Below, piece after piece: positions 20,552 through 32,951 of a stretch of DNA of 64,000 nucleotides. The stretch spans positions 34,676 through 98,675 of the forward strand of contig JAWLBL010000010.1 in NCBI GenBank assembly GCA_041687695.1. The letters are read 5' to 3'. Made by a program: the position numbers and the translations under genes. How positions within the stretch are numbered: the first letter of the stretch is position 1; each line of letters begins with the position of its first letter. The notes below the pieces were generated by a model. That model made no database searches, was not told the origin of the DNA, and saw nothing but the letters and a program-made list of their open reading frames with translations. The DNA comes from Myxococcota bacterium. GTDB lineage: Bacteria > Myxococcota_A > UBA9042 > PHBI01 > JAWLBL01.

Positions 20552-21463
20552 TTGACCGCAACCTTCCCGACGACCGTCACCATCGGCCAGCTGGCCACGA
20601 CCCAACCCTGGTCCACGGCGGTCTTCCACCGCCACCGCATCGACTTCTGCTGCGGCGGCGCGCGCCGGCTGGACGAGGTCTGCGACGAAAAGGGCCTGCA
20701 GGTCGCGGACGTGCTGGCCGAGATCGCGCGCGAGGCTCCGGCGGAGGCCGACTTCGTGCGCTGGGACGAGGCGCCGCTGAACGAGCTCATCGACCACCTG
20801 CAGACCTTCTATCACGACCGGCTCTGGGAGGAGCTGCCGCGCCTGACCCACCTCGCGACCAAGGTCGCCTCGGTCCACGGCGGGCGCGACGCGCGCCTCG
20901 AGGCCCTGCGCGATCTGGTGGTCGACATCGAGACCGAGCTGTCCGAGCACATGCGCAAGGAGGAGCAGGTCCTGTTCCCGTGGATCCACAGCGGCCGCGG
21001 CGCCAGCGCGCACCGCCCGGTGCAGGTGATGCAGCACGAGCACGAGGAGCACGGCCAGAAGCTGCAGCGGCTGCGCGAGCTGACGGGCGACTTCCAGCTT
21101 CCGATCGGGGCGTGCGCGTCTTGGACGGCGCTGTGGCACGGGCTCGAGCGCCTCGAGCGCGAGCTGCACGACCACATCCACCTCGAGAACAACATCCTCT
21201 TCCCGCGCGCCCTGGCCAGCCGCCCGCCGGCCGAGCCCGACGCCGGCGTCATCGACGTCCGCACCATCCCGCCCTGGGAGCGCCACCCGCGCATCTTCCA
21301 GACCTTCGACCAGCTCTCGCCCGGCGGCCACTTCACCCTGGTCAACGACCACGACCCGCGCCCGCTGTACTCGCAGTTCCGCATGAACCGCGGGCCCATC
21401 TTCACCTGGGACTACCTCGAGGCCGGCCCCGAGGTCTGGCGCGTCCGCATCGGCCGGGTCTAG
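20552..21463 (+). CDS. ric: Iron-sulfur cluster repair di-iron protein (Ric/YtfE/ScdA) fused to a C-terminal DUF2249-like domain
   Basis: IDFCCGG; hemerythrin HMRKEEQVLFP, HEH, HIHLENNILFP; C-terminal IDVRTIPPWERH..VNDHDPRPL. Confidence 0.9.
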   Translation: MTATFPTTVTIGQLATTQPWSTAVFHRHRIDFCCGGARRLDEVCDEKGLQVADVLAEIAREAPAEADFVRWDEAPLNELIDHLQTFYHDRLWEELPRLTHLATKVASVHGGRDARLEALRDLVVDIETELSEHMRKEEQVLFPWIHSGRGASAHRPVQVMQHEHEEHGQKLQRLRELTGDFQLPIGACASWTALWHGLERLERELHDHIHLENNILFPRALASRPPAEPDAGVIDVRTIPPWERHPRIFQTFDQLSPGGHFTLVNDHDPRPLYSQFRMNRGPIFTWDYLEAGPEVWRVRIGRV

Positions 21464-21475
21464 GAGGCACGCCCC

Positions 21476-22087
21476 ATGTCCACCGACTTCCATCCCGGCC
21501 CGGCCACCACCGCCGACGAGGCCACCTCGACCTTCTTCTACCCGCCCGGTGGGCTGCTCATCTGGATCGTCATCCTCCTCGAGCTGCTCACCTTCGGCCT
21601 GGGCTTCCTCGGCTTCGCCATGGCCGAAGACGCCGGCTCGCCCGCCTGGCTGGCTGCCCGCGCCTCGCTCGACGTCCCGCTGGCGACCGTGAACACCGTC
21701 ATCCTGCTCACCAGCGGCCTGGCGGTGGCCCTGGGCGTCGCCGCCTGGCAGCGCGACCGGCGCGCCACCGCCATCCGCTGGACCCTGGCCGCGGCGGGCC
21801 TGGGCGTGGCCTTCACCGCGCTCAAGGTCGTCGAGTACGTCGCCAAGTGGGACGCCGGCCTCGGCCCGGCCGCCGGCAGCTTCTTCGGCTTCTACTGGGG
21901 CCTGACCGCCTTCCACCTGCTGCACGTCCTCGCGGGCATCGTGATGCTGCTGTGGATGGCCCGCCGCCTGCGCTCACAGGCGCCCTTCGCCCCGGACGCC
22001 GCCACGCCCGCGACCACCGCGGCCTTCTGGCACATGTGCGACCTCGTCTGGGTCTTCCTCTTCCCGCTGCTCTACCTCGGCCAGTAA
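21476..22087 (+). CDS. Cytochrome c oxidase subunit III-like membrane protein (NorE-like)
   Basis: NTVILLTSG, LTAFHLLHV, FWHMCDLVW. Confidence 0.88.
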   Translation: MSTDFHPGPATTADEATSTFFYPPGGLLIWIVILLELLTFGLGFLGFAMAEDAGSPAWLAARASLDVPLATVNTVILLTSGLAVALGVAAWQRDRRATAIRWTLAAAGLGVAFTALKVVEYVAKWDAGLGPAAGSFFGFYWGLTAFHLLHVLAGIVMLLWMARRLRSQAPFAPDAATPATTAAFWHMCDLVWVFLFPLLYLGQ

Positions 22088-22098
22088 GGAGGTCCTCC

Positions 22099-22356
22099 AT
22101 GTCCGCCTCGACCCCCACGCAGGCCGTCTCGCCGGCCTGGACCCGCCACCTGGTCGTCGCCTGGGTGCTGCTCGTCGCCCTGACCCTGGCCGGCCCCGCG
22201 CTCGGCAGCACCGGCCTGCTCCTGGCCATCGCGGGCGTCAAGTTCACCCTCATCGGCCTGGTCTTCATGGAGCTGCGCCACGCTCACGTCCTGTGGCGCG
22301 TCCTGCTGGTCGGCTTCGCCCTGTTCGTCGCGGCCTTCTGCGCCATCGCGCTGTGA
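22099..22356 (+). CDS. Cytochrome c oxidase subunit IV-like small membrane protein (NorF-like)
   Basis: AAGGAGG RBS; VKF..IGLVFMELRHA motif. Confidence 0.85.
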   Translation: MSASTPTQAVSPAWTRHLVVAWVLLVALTLAGPALGSTGLLLAIAGVKFTLIGLVFMELRHAHVLWRVLLVGFALFVAAFCAIAL

Positions 22357-22446
22357 TCTTGCCCCGAGGGGCCGCCTCGGCCGGCGCGTTCTACGCGGGC
22401 TGAGGCGGCGCCCCGATGAGGCGACGGTTCAGGGCCGAATCGAGCG

Positions 22447-23823
22447 TCAGGCGCCGAGCCACTCGAAGCGAGCGGTGAAGTGGCGCAGGACCGGCGGCTC
22501 GTGGGTCATGCGCAGGCCGCGCAGCGCGTCGCGGCGGGCGAAGACCTCGAGCGTGGCCTCGACCACGTAGTCCATGTGCGACTGGGTATAGACGCGGCGC
22601 GGGATGGCCAGGCGCACGAGATCCAGGCGGGCGGGCCGCTCGTCGGGGTGGGCCGGGTCGCGGCCGAACATGACGGTGCCGATCTCGCAGCCGCGGATGC
22701 CGGCCTCGAGGTACAGCTCGACCGCCAGCGCCTGCCCGGGGTAGGCCAGCGGCGGGATGTGGGGCGCGAAGCGGCGCGCGTCCAGGTAGACCGCGTGGCC
22801 GCCGGCGGGCAGGACCAGCGGGACGCCGGCCTCGGCCAGCTTGTCGGCGACGTAGGCGGTCGAGACGGCGCGGTAGCGCAGGTAGTCCTCGTCGAGGATC
22901 TCCTCGAGGCCCACGGCGATGGCCTCGAGATCGCGCCCGGCGAGGCCGCCGTAGGTGGGGAAGCCCTCGGTCAGGATCAGCAGATCGCGCTCGCGGCTGG
23001 CCAGCGCCGGGTCGCGGGTGCACAAAAAGCCCCCGATGTTGGCGAAGGCGTCCTTCTTGGCGCTCATCGTGCAGCCGTCCGCCAGGGCGAACATCTCGCG
23101 GACGATCCGCCGCACCGGCACGTCGGCCCAGCCGGGCTCGCGGGTCTTGATGAACCAGGCGTTCTCGGCGAAGCGGCAGGCGTCGATGTACAGCGGGACG
23201 CAGTAGCGGCGCGCCACCTCGCTGACCGCGCGCAGGTTGGCCATCGACACCGGCTGGCCGCCGCCCGAGTTGTTGGTGATGGTCACCATGACCAGCGGCA
23301 CCCGGGCCGGGCCGTGCTCGGCCAGCAGGGCCTCGAGCGCCGCCACGTCCATGTCGCCCTTGAAGGGCGCCCGCAGGTCCGGTTGGGCGGCCTCGGCGCA
23401 GGGCAGGTCGACCGCGCGCGCGCCGACGTGCTCGATGTTGGCGCGCGTCGTGTCGAAGTGGGTGTTGTTGGGCACGAGGTCGCCCGGCTTCAGCATCGTC
23501 CCGAACAGGATGCGCTCGGCGGCGCGCCCCTGGTGGGTCGGGATGACGTGCGGGAAGCCCATCACCTCCTGCACGGTCTTCTCGAAGCGGTACCAGCTGC
23601 GCGCGCCCGCGTAGGACTCGTCGCCGCGCATCAGCGCGCCCCAGGCCTCGGCGCTCATCGCGCTGGTGCCCGAGTCGGTCAGCAGATCGATGAGCACCTG
23701 CTCGGCGGGCAGCAGGAACAGGTTCAGGCCGGCCTCGCGCGCCCAGGCCTCGCGCTCGGCGCGCGTAGACAGGCGGATGGGCTCGACCATCTTGATGCGG
23801 AAGGGCTCGATGATGGTCTTCAC
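22447..23823 (-). CDS. tnaA: Tryptophanase
   Basis: [32 protein letters not shown] (tryptophanase-type residues). Confidence 0.9.
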   Translation of the reverse strand: MKTIIEPFRIKMVEPIRLSTRAEREAWAREAGLNLFLLPAEQVLIDLLTDSGTSAMSAEAWGALMRGDESYAGARSWYRFEKTVQEVMGFPHVIPTHQGRAAERILFGTMLKPGDLVPNNTHFDTTRANIEHVGARAVDLPCAEAAQPDLRAPFKGDMDVAALEALLAEHGPARVPLVMVTITNNSGGGQPVSMANLRAVSEVARRYCVPLYIDACRFAENAWFIKTREPGWADVPVRRIVREMFALADGCTMSAKKDAFANIGGFLCTRDPALASRERDLLILTEGFPTYGGLAGRDLEAIAVGLEEILDEDYLRYRAVSTAYVADKLAEAGVPLVLPAGGHAVYLDARRFAPHIPPLAYPGQALAVELYLEAGIRGCEIGTVMFGRDPAHPDERPARLDLVRLAIPRRVYTQSHMDYVVEATLEVFARRDALRGLRMTHEPPVLRHFTARFEWLGA

Positions 23824-23824
23824 G

Positions 23825-26886
<3,062 letters not shown>

Positions 26887-26897
26887 CGGCGAGCCTC

Positions 26898-27764
26898 TCA
26901 GGTGAGGTGGGTCAGGATGTCGCGGGCGCGGGTCCACAGGAGCGAGCCGCCCTCGTCGGGCAGGGCGTGCCGGGTCGCGCGGGGGAAGCGGGCGGCCAGG
27001 GAGAGGCCGTGATCGGGCGAGTGGACGGGGCTGGTGTCGAGCAGGCCGTGCCACAGGTGGACGGGGACGGAGACGTCCTCGGGGCGGGTGGGCCAGGGCG
27101 ACAGGGCGAGCGTCAGGTCGCGGACGTAGCCGGCCGGGCCTGCCGCGAAGCCGTCCCGGAGGGTGTCGAGGTAAGCGGCGGCGAAGGCGGGCTCGGCATA
27201 GACGGCGCGGTCGGCGGGGCCGCTCATCGCCAGGACCAGGGCGTGGAAGCCGTCGGCGTCGACCCGCTGGGCGAAGTCGGCCTCGAAGGCGGCGGGGTCG
27301 TGCGCGACGGCGTCGACCAGGGCCTGGACCTCGGGCGCGAGCTGGGGGCGCATGGCCGGGTGGGAGAGCTCGTCCTGGGGCGAGACGAGGGCGAGGGACG
27401 TGGCGAGGCCGGCGTGGGCGAGGGCGAGGGCGAACGGCGCGCCCTGCGAGAAGCCGATGATGGGCAGGGAGCGGACGCCCAGGTGGTCGAGGACGGCGGC
27501 GACGTCGGCCGACCAGGAGGCGAAGCTCTTGTCGGGGTCGGGGCTCGAGCGGCCGAGGCCGGCGCGGTCGATGCAGACGAGGCGCAGGCCCAGGGACGCG
27601 AGATCGTCGGCGCCGAAGCCCATCGTGGAGGTCATCGCGGCGCCGGTGACGAAGAGGACGGGGCGCGCGTCGGGAGCGCCCCACTCGGCCCAGCCGACGA
27701 CCCGGTCGTCGGGGCGGACGAGCTGGTCGTGACGATCGGGCGGGCGGAGAGGCGACGGCGTCAT
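26898..27764 (-). CDS. Alpha/beta hydrolase
   Basis: IDRAGLGRS, GFSQG, LWHGLLD. Confidence 0.88.
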   Translation of the reverse strand: MTPSPLRPPDRHDQLVRPDDRVVGWAEWGAPDARPVLFVTGAAMTSTMGFGADDLASLGLRLVCIDRAGLGRSSPDPDKSFASWSADVAAVLDHLGVRSLPIIGFSQGAPFALALAHAGLATSLALVSPQDELSHPAMRPQLAPEVQALVDAVAHDPAAFEADFAQRVDADGFHALVLAMSGPADRAVYAEPAFAAAYLDTLRDGFAAGPAGYVRDLTLALSPWPTRPEDVSVPVHLWHGLLDTSPVHSPDHGLSLAARFPRATRHALPDEGGSLLWTRARDILTHLT

Positions 27765-27957
27765 GGCGAAGGGCCTCGTGGGTCAGGGCGGAGGCCGAAT
27801 CATGTCGCGGGGGGAAACCGCTGGCAACGGCGTCGATCGGCTGCGCCGCCCGTGGCGAGGTCGTCTCGGAGCGCTTGCGTTTGCAGGGGGCCCGGCCGAG
27901 ACTCGAACCCGGTCGACCTCCACGCGCGCCCCCTCCGACTTCGGCAGCCACCAGCTC

Positions 27958-28713
27958 ATGGCCCACCGCACCTTCGCCGTCGGTGACATCCACGGGGACC
28001 TCCGTGCCCTGACGACGGTGCTGGAACGCCTGCCGCTGCTGGACGCGGCCGACACCCTGGTCTTTTTGGGCGACTACATGGATCGCGGGCCCCAGTCGGC
28101 GGAGGTCGTCCAGTTTCTGAGGCGCGACCTGCCGCGGCGGACCGCGGCGCGCCTGGTCTTTCTGCGCGGCAACCACGAGGACGCCTGGCTGCGGGTCATC
28201 TCGGGCGAGTGGCCCGAGTTCGTCGAGCCGCCCGGCAACGGCTGCCTCGCCTGCTACCGGTCGTTCACCGGCGGGCCCGTCCCGGACCGCTGGGATCTCG
28301 CGACGCCGCGCGAGCTGGCCGAGATGCGGCGCGGCGCCTTCTTCCCGATGGACGTGGTCGACTGGATGCGCTCGCTGGCCTGGTGGTACGAGGACGAGCA
28401 CGCGATCTACGTGCACGCCGGGCTGCCGCGCGTGGGTGGCGTGTGGCAGCACCCGTCGCTGGTCCGCCGCCGGGTCGAGCTGCTGTGGCTGCGCGACGGC
28501 GACTTCTTCCGCTACTACCGGGGCAAGCGGGTCGTCGTCGGGCACACGGCGACGCGCAACCTGCCTCCGGAGCTGTCGTCGTACACGTCCGACGACCCGC
28601 AGGATCTGTGGGCGGGCGACAACGTGGTGGCCATCGACACGGGCAGCGGGAAGGGCGGCTTCCTGACGGCCGTGGAGCTGCCCGTGCTGAAGACGTACGA
28701 GTCACGAGGCTGA
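27958..28713 (+). CDS. Metallophosphoesterase (PPP-family Ser/Thr phosphatase-like)
   Basis: GDIHG, GDYMDRG, RGNHE, HAG, GHT, IDTG. Confidence 0.92.
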   Translation: MAHRTFAVGDIHGDLRALTTVLERLPLLDAADTLVFLGDYMDRGPQSAEVVQFLRRDLPRRTAARLVFLRGNHEDAWLRVISGEWPEFVEPPGNGCLACYRSFTGGPVPDRWDLATPRELAEMRRGAFFPMDVVDWMRSLAWWYEDEHAIYVHAGLPRVGGVWQHPSLVRRRVELLWLRDGDFFRYYRGKRVVVGHTATRNLPPELSSYTSDDPQDLWAGDNVVAIDTGSGKGGFLTAVELPVLKTYESRG

Positions 28714-28744
28714 CCGCGCGGCCCGGGTCGAGTAGGCTCGGGGC

Positions 28745-29239
28745 ATGCTCGAAGTGCTCGAGTTCGTGATCGAAGGGCGCCGGTGGGCCCTGCTGGCCGG
28801 CGACGTGGTCGAGGTCCTGCGCGCGGTGGCCATCTCCGAGCTGCCGCGGGCGCCGGCGGTGGTCGAGGGGGTCATCGACGTGCGTGGCACGCTGGTGCCG
28901 GTCTACGACCTGCGCCGCCGGTTCGGGCTGCCGGAGCGCCGCGTCCGGCCTTCGGACCAGCTCATCGTGGCGCGCGCCGGCGAGCGTCGGGTGGCCCTGC
29001 GCTGCGATCGGGCCGCGCGGCTCCACGCGGTCGATCCGGCGCACATGGTGATGCCGGCCGAGGTCGCGCCGTGGATGGAGGCGACGCCGGGGACGGTCAC
29101 CGGGTTGGCGCGGCTGCCCGACGGCCTGCTGGTCGTGCACGACCTGCGGGCCTTCCTCAGCGAGGCCGAGGCCGCCGACCTGGACGCGGCGATGCACGCG
29201 GCGAGGACGCCCGGCCCGGACGGCGCGGGCGCGCCATGA
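28745..29239 (+). CDS. cheW: CheW-like adaptor
   Basis: LPRAPAVVEGVIDVRGTLVPVYDLRRRFG. Confidence 0.9.
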   Translation: MLEVLEFVIEGRRWALLAGDVVEVLRAVAISELPRAPAVVEGVIDVRGTLVPVYDLRRRFGLPERRVRPSDQLIVARAGERRVALRCDRAARLHAVDPAHMVMPAEVAPWMEATPGTVTGLARLPDGLLVVHDLRAFLSEAEAADLDAAMHAARTPGPDGAGAP

Positions 29240-30687
29240 ACGTCACCTGGAGCGCGCCCGAGTTCGCCCGGATCGCCCGGCTGGTGCACGACCACGCCGG
29301 GCTGAGGCTGCCGGCGCACCGCCGCGACGAGGTCGAGACCGTCATCCGGCGGGTCGCCGCCGACCGCGGGCGGGCGCTGGACGACCTCGCGGGCCAGCTC
29401 GAGCGCGACGCGCTGCTGCTCGGCGATCTGGTCAGCGAGCTGACCATCGGCGAGACCTACTTCCTGCGGGATCTCCCGCACCTCGAGCTGGTGCGCGATC
29501 GGCTGGTCCCGGAGGTCCAGCGGCTGCGGGGGCGCGACCACGTGTTCCGCGCGTGGAGCGCGGGGTGCTCGACCGGAGAGGAGGCCTGGTCGCTGGCCAT
29601 CTTGCTGGACCAGGCCGGCATCGGGCGGCGGTCGTCCATCCTGGCGACCGACATCTCGCGGCCTGCGCTGGCGCGAGCGCGCCGCGCGGAGTACCGCGAG
29701 TGGTCGCTTCGCGGGGCCGGCAGGGCGACGGCCGAGCGGTACCTGCGGCAGGTCGGCGACGGCTGGGTCGTCGGACCGAGGCTGCGGGACCGCGTGCGCT
29801 TCGAGTACCTGAACCTGGCCGAGGAGGGCTACCCGTCCTTCCCGTCCGGCGTGTGGGGCATGGACCTCATCCTATGCCGCAACGTGTTCATCTACTTCGA
29901 GCGCGAGCTGGTCGAGGCGGTGGCGGGGCGCCTGCACGCCGCGCTCGCCGAGGGCGGCTGGCTGCTGACGGCGGCGACCGACCCGAGCTTGCGCCACCTG
30001 GGGCTGTTCGAGGTCGAGCAGACGCCCGCAGGCACGATCTATCGGCGGCCCGTGGGCCTGGCGCGTTCGACGGCGGCCTCCGCGGCACCGCGGCGGCGGG
30101 CGGTCGCGCCGACGCCGCTTCCGTCTCTGGCGCCGCCCGAGCCCACGCCGGCGCCGCAGGGCCAAGCGGCCCCCGAACCCCAAGGCGCGCTCGCGGACGC
30201 GGTGGCCGAGGCCTACGCCCGCGGCGACTACCACGCGGTCGCGGACCGGGGCGAGGCGCTGCTGCACGACCCGGTGACGGCCTGCCTGCTGGTGCGTTCG
30301 CTGGCCAACCTGGGGCAGGCCGAGGAGGCCGAGACCCACGCCGCGGCCGCGGTCGGCGCGCACCCGCTCGCGAGCGAGCTGCATCTGCTGCGCGTCCTGC
30401 TGCAGATGGAGCTGGGGCGCTGGGACGAGGCCCTGGACGCCGCGCGCCGCGTCCTGTACCTCGACCGTGGCCTCATCGTCGCCCACCTCGCGCTCGGCGC
30501 CATCCAGCGCCGGCGCGGCCGAACCGAGGAGGCCGTCCTGGCCTATCGCAACGCTCGCAAGCTCGCCCTGGCCCTGCCGCCCGAGGTCCCGGTGCGGCTC
30601 GCCGACGGCCAGGTGGCCGGGCGGCTGGCCGAGATGGCCGAGGCCCAGCTGTCGCTGTTGGGGGCCGCGCCCAACGGGAGGTCCTGA
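29236..30687 (+). CDS. cheR: CheR methyltransferase with TPR domain (WspC-like)
   Basis: TIGETYFLRD, WSAGCSTGEE, ATDIS, CRNVFIYF; C-terminal TPRs. Confidence 0.93.
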   Translation: MNVTWSAPEFARIARLVHDHAGLRLPAHRRDEVETVIRRVAADRGRALDDLAGQLERDALLLGDLVSELTIGETYFLRDLPHLELVRDRLVPEVQRLRGRDHVFRAWSAGCSTGEEAWSLAILLDQAGIGRRSSILATDISRPALARARRAEYREWSLRGAGRATAERYLRQVGDGWVVGPRLRDRVRFEYLNLAEEGYPSFPSGVWGMDLILCRNVFIYFERELVEAVAGRLHAALAEGGWLLTAATDPSLRHLGLFEVEQTPAGTIYRRPVGLARSTAASAAPRRRAVAPTPLPSLAPPEPTPAPQGQAAPEPQGALADAVAEAYARGDYHAVADRGEALLHDPVTACLLVRSLANLGQAEEAETHAAAAVGAHPLASELHLLRVLLQMELGRWDEALDAARRVLYLDRGLIVAHLALGAIQRRRGRTEEAVLAYRNARKLALALPPEVPVRLADGQVAGRLAEMAEAQLSLLGAAPNGRS

Positions 30688-30690
30688 GCG

Positions 30691-31293
30691 ATGGCCGACA
30701 TCGACTGGGCCGAGGTCCGCGCGCGCCTGGCCCGCGCGGGCGACTCCGAGGCGGCGTCGAGGGCCCCGACGGACGAGGCGGACGCCGCCGTCCTGCAGGC
30801 GCGGGCGCGGGCGTTGGCGGCGGCGCGGGTCGAGGCGGCGCCGTCGGCGCAGCTCGAGCTGGTCGTGTTCCGCTGGAGCGACGAGCGGTATGCCCTGCCG
30901 AGCACGCACGTGCTGCGCGTCGTCGTCGTCGAGGACGTCACCCGGGTGCCGGGCGCCCCAGCCGTCGTGCGGGGGATCGTGAGGCACGAGGGCGAGGTGC
31001 TGCCGCTGTTCGATCCGCGAGCGCTGCTGGGCGTCGCGTCGGCCGCCGAGGCGACGCGTGGCGAGATCCTGGTGCTGGGCGACGAGCGCCCCGATCTCGG
31101 GCTGCTGGTGGACGCGGTGGTCGGGATCACGGCGATCGCGACGGACGCGCTGAAGCCGGCGCCGGGGGGAGGCGAGGGCGCCCGCCGCCCCTGGGTGCAG
31201 GGCGTAACGACCGAAGGCTTGATCGTGCTGGACCCTGAGGCTGTCCTCGCCGACCCGCGGCTGGCGGTGGGCGAGCGGCTGCACCCGACCTGA
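30691..31293 (+). CDS. cheW: CheW-like adaptor 2
   Basis: [34 protein letters not shown]. Confidence 0.88.
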   Translation: MADIDWAEVRARLARAGDSEAASRAPTDEADAAVLQARARALAAARVEAAPSAQLELVVFRWSDERYALPSTHVLRVVVVEDVTRVPGAPAVVRGIVRHEGEVLPLFDPRALLGVASAAEATRGEILVLGDERPDLGLLVDAVVGITAIATDALKPAPGGGEGARRPWVQGVTTEGLIVLDPEAVLADPRLAVGERLHPT

Positions 31294-31300
31294 CGAGAGC

Positions 31301-32938
31301 GTGATGCCACAGAGGATCCCCTGGTCCCGATCGATCGGGACGCGTCTGAGCGGCCTCGTGCTGCTGCTGTTCCTGGTGGCGCTGGCGATGACGGCCATCA
31401 ACACCTACCTGATGGGCCAGATCCGCGGCAGCGTGGCGTGGACGTCGCTGGTCAGCGAGGGCGGGCGGCTGCGGTCGCAGCTGCTCAACCTGCTCGAGGA
31501 CCAGTTCGAGCAGGCCCCCGAGCGACGGTCCGTCACGCGGCAGGCGATCGACGGCATCATCACCTCGATCGAGCAGCGCTTCGTCGAGCTGCAGGAGGGA
31601 CCGGAAGGCGGGGGGCCGGCGCTGCGGGACCAGCAGCTCGAGAACGCGGTCGCCGAGCGGCGCGCCGTCTGGGACACGCAGGTCCTGCCGCTGGTGCGGC
31701 GCATCGCCGGCGCGCCCTCGCGCGAGGCCGTCTCGGCCGAGCTGGCGCAGCTGCGTGAGCTGACCAGCATCTACGTCGACTACGTGTCGAAAGCCACGCG
31801 GCGCGCTGGCGAGCTGGCCGAGGCCGAGATCGCGCGCATCCAGACGCTCCAGATCGCCTTCGCGGTGACCTCCCTGCTGGTCTTCGTGCTGGTGCTGGCG
31901 GTGACTCGAGGGGTTACGCGCCGCGTCACGCGCGTGTCCCAGGCCGCCGACCTCGTCGCCCAGGGGGATCTGAGCGCGAGCGCGGGCGTGACGGGCCAGG
32001 ACGAGGTGGCCGCGCTGGGGCGATCGTTCGACGAGATGACCCGGCGGCTGCGCGAGGGGCGCGACCTCGAGCGATCGATGCGCGAGCGGCTCGAGCACCT
32101 CATCGCCGAGGTCCGCGAGGGCGCGACGCGGCTGGCGACCTCGACCAACCAGATCGTGGCGTCGACCAACCAGCAGGCGTCCAGCGCGCAGGAGCAGGCG
32201 GGTGCCATCAGCGAGACCGTGGCCGTGGTCGAGGAGCTGGCCGCCATGAGCGACGAGGCGGCGCGCTCGGCGCGGCAGGCGGCGGAGACGGCGCGGCAGT
32301 CCGACGACGTGGGGCGGCGGGGGCGCGCGGCGGTCGAGGAGGCCGTGCGCATCATGGGGCAGGCCAAGGAGCAATCGGACTCCGTGGCCGAGAGCATCGT
32401 GCGGCTGGCCGAGCAGACGCAGGCGGTCACCGAGATCATCGCGCTGGTCGACGACATCTCGGACCAGACGAACATGCTGGCTTTGAACGCGGCCATCGAG
32501 GCGTCGCGCGCGGGCGAGCACGGGCGCGGGTTCTCGGTGGTGGCGACCGAGGTGCGGTCGCTCGCCGAGCGGGCCAAGGCGGCGACGGTCGAGATCCGGC
32601 GCAACCTGGGCGACATCCAGAGCATGGCGTCCAGCTCGGTGCTGTCGATGGAGCAGTACGCGCGGGCGATGAAGGACGCGACGCGGTCGGCCGAGGAGAG
32701 CGGGGCGACCATCCTGCGTCTGGCGCAGTCCATCGGCGAGATGGCCGAGGTGAGCAGCACCATCTCGGGGTCGACCAGCCAGCAGGCCGAGGGGCTGGCG
32801 CAGATTAGTGGGGCGATGAAGGACGTCAAGACGGGCACCGACCAGACGGTCAAGGCGGTCTGGCAGAGCGAGCAGGCGCTCAAGGATCTCAACGGGCTGG
32901 CGATTCGGCTGACCGAGCTGCTCGACGCGCGGTCCTGA
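31301..32938 (+). CDS. Methyl-accepting chemotaxis protein
   Basis: Two TM segments, [38 protein letters not shown]. Confidence 0.95.
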   Translation: MMPQRIPWSRSIGTRLSGLVLLLFLVALAMTAINTYLMGQIRGSVAWTSLVSEGGRLRSQLLNLLEDQFEQAPERRSVTRQAIDGIITSIEQRFVELQEGPEGGGPALRDQQLENAVAERRAVWDTQVLPLVRRIAGAPSREAVSAELAQLRELTSIYVDYVSKATRRAGELAEAEIARIQTLQIAFAVTSLLVFVLVLAVTRGVTRRVTRVSQAADLVAQGDLSASAGVTGQDEVAALGRSFDEMTRRLREGRDLERSMRERLEHLIAEVREGATRLATSTNQIVASTNQQASSAQEQAGAISETVAVVEELAAMSDEAARSARQAAETARQSDDVGRRGRAAVEEAVRIMGQAKEQSDSVAESIVRLAEQTQAVTEIIALVDDISDQTNMLALNAAIEASRAGEHGRGFSVVATEVRSLAERAKAATVEIRRNLGDIQSMASSSVLSMEQYARAMKDATRSAEESGATILRLAQSIGEMAEVSSTISGSTSQQAEGLAQISGAMKDVKTGTDQTVKAVWQSEQALKDLNGLAIRLTELLDARS

Positions 32939-32951
32939 GGAGAGGCGCCGG

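Noticed and set aside
21476..22356. Cytochrome c oxidase operon
   Set aside because: No subunit I or II is present; NorR context favours a NorE/NorF-like role
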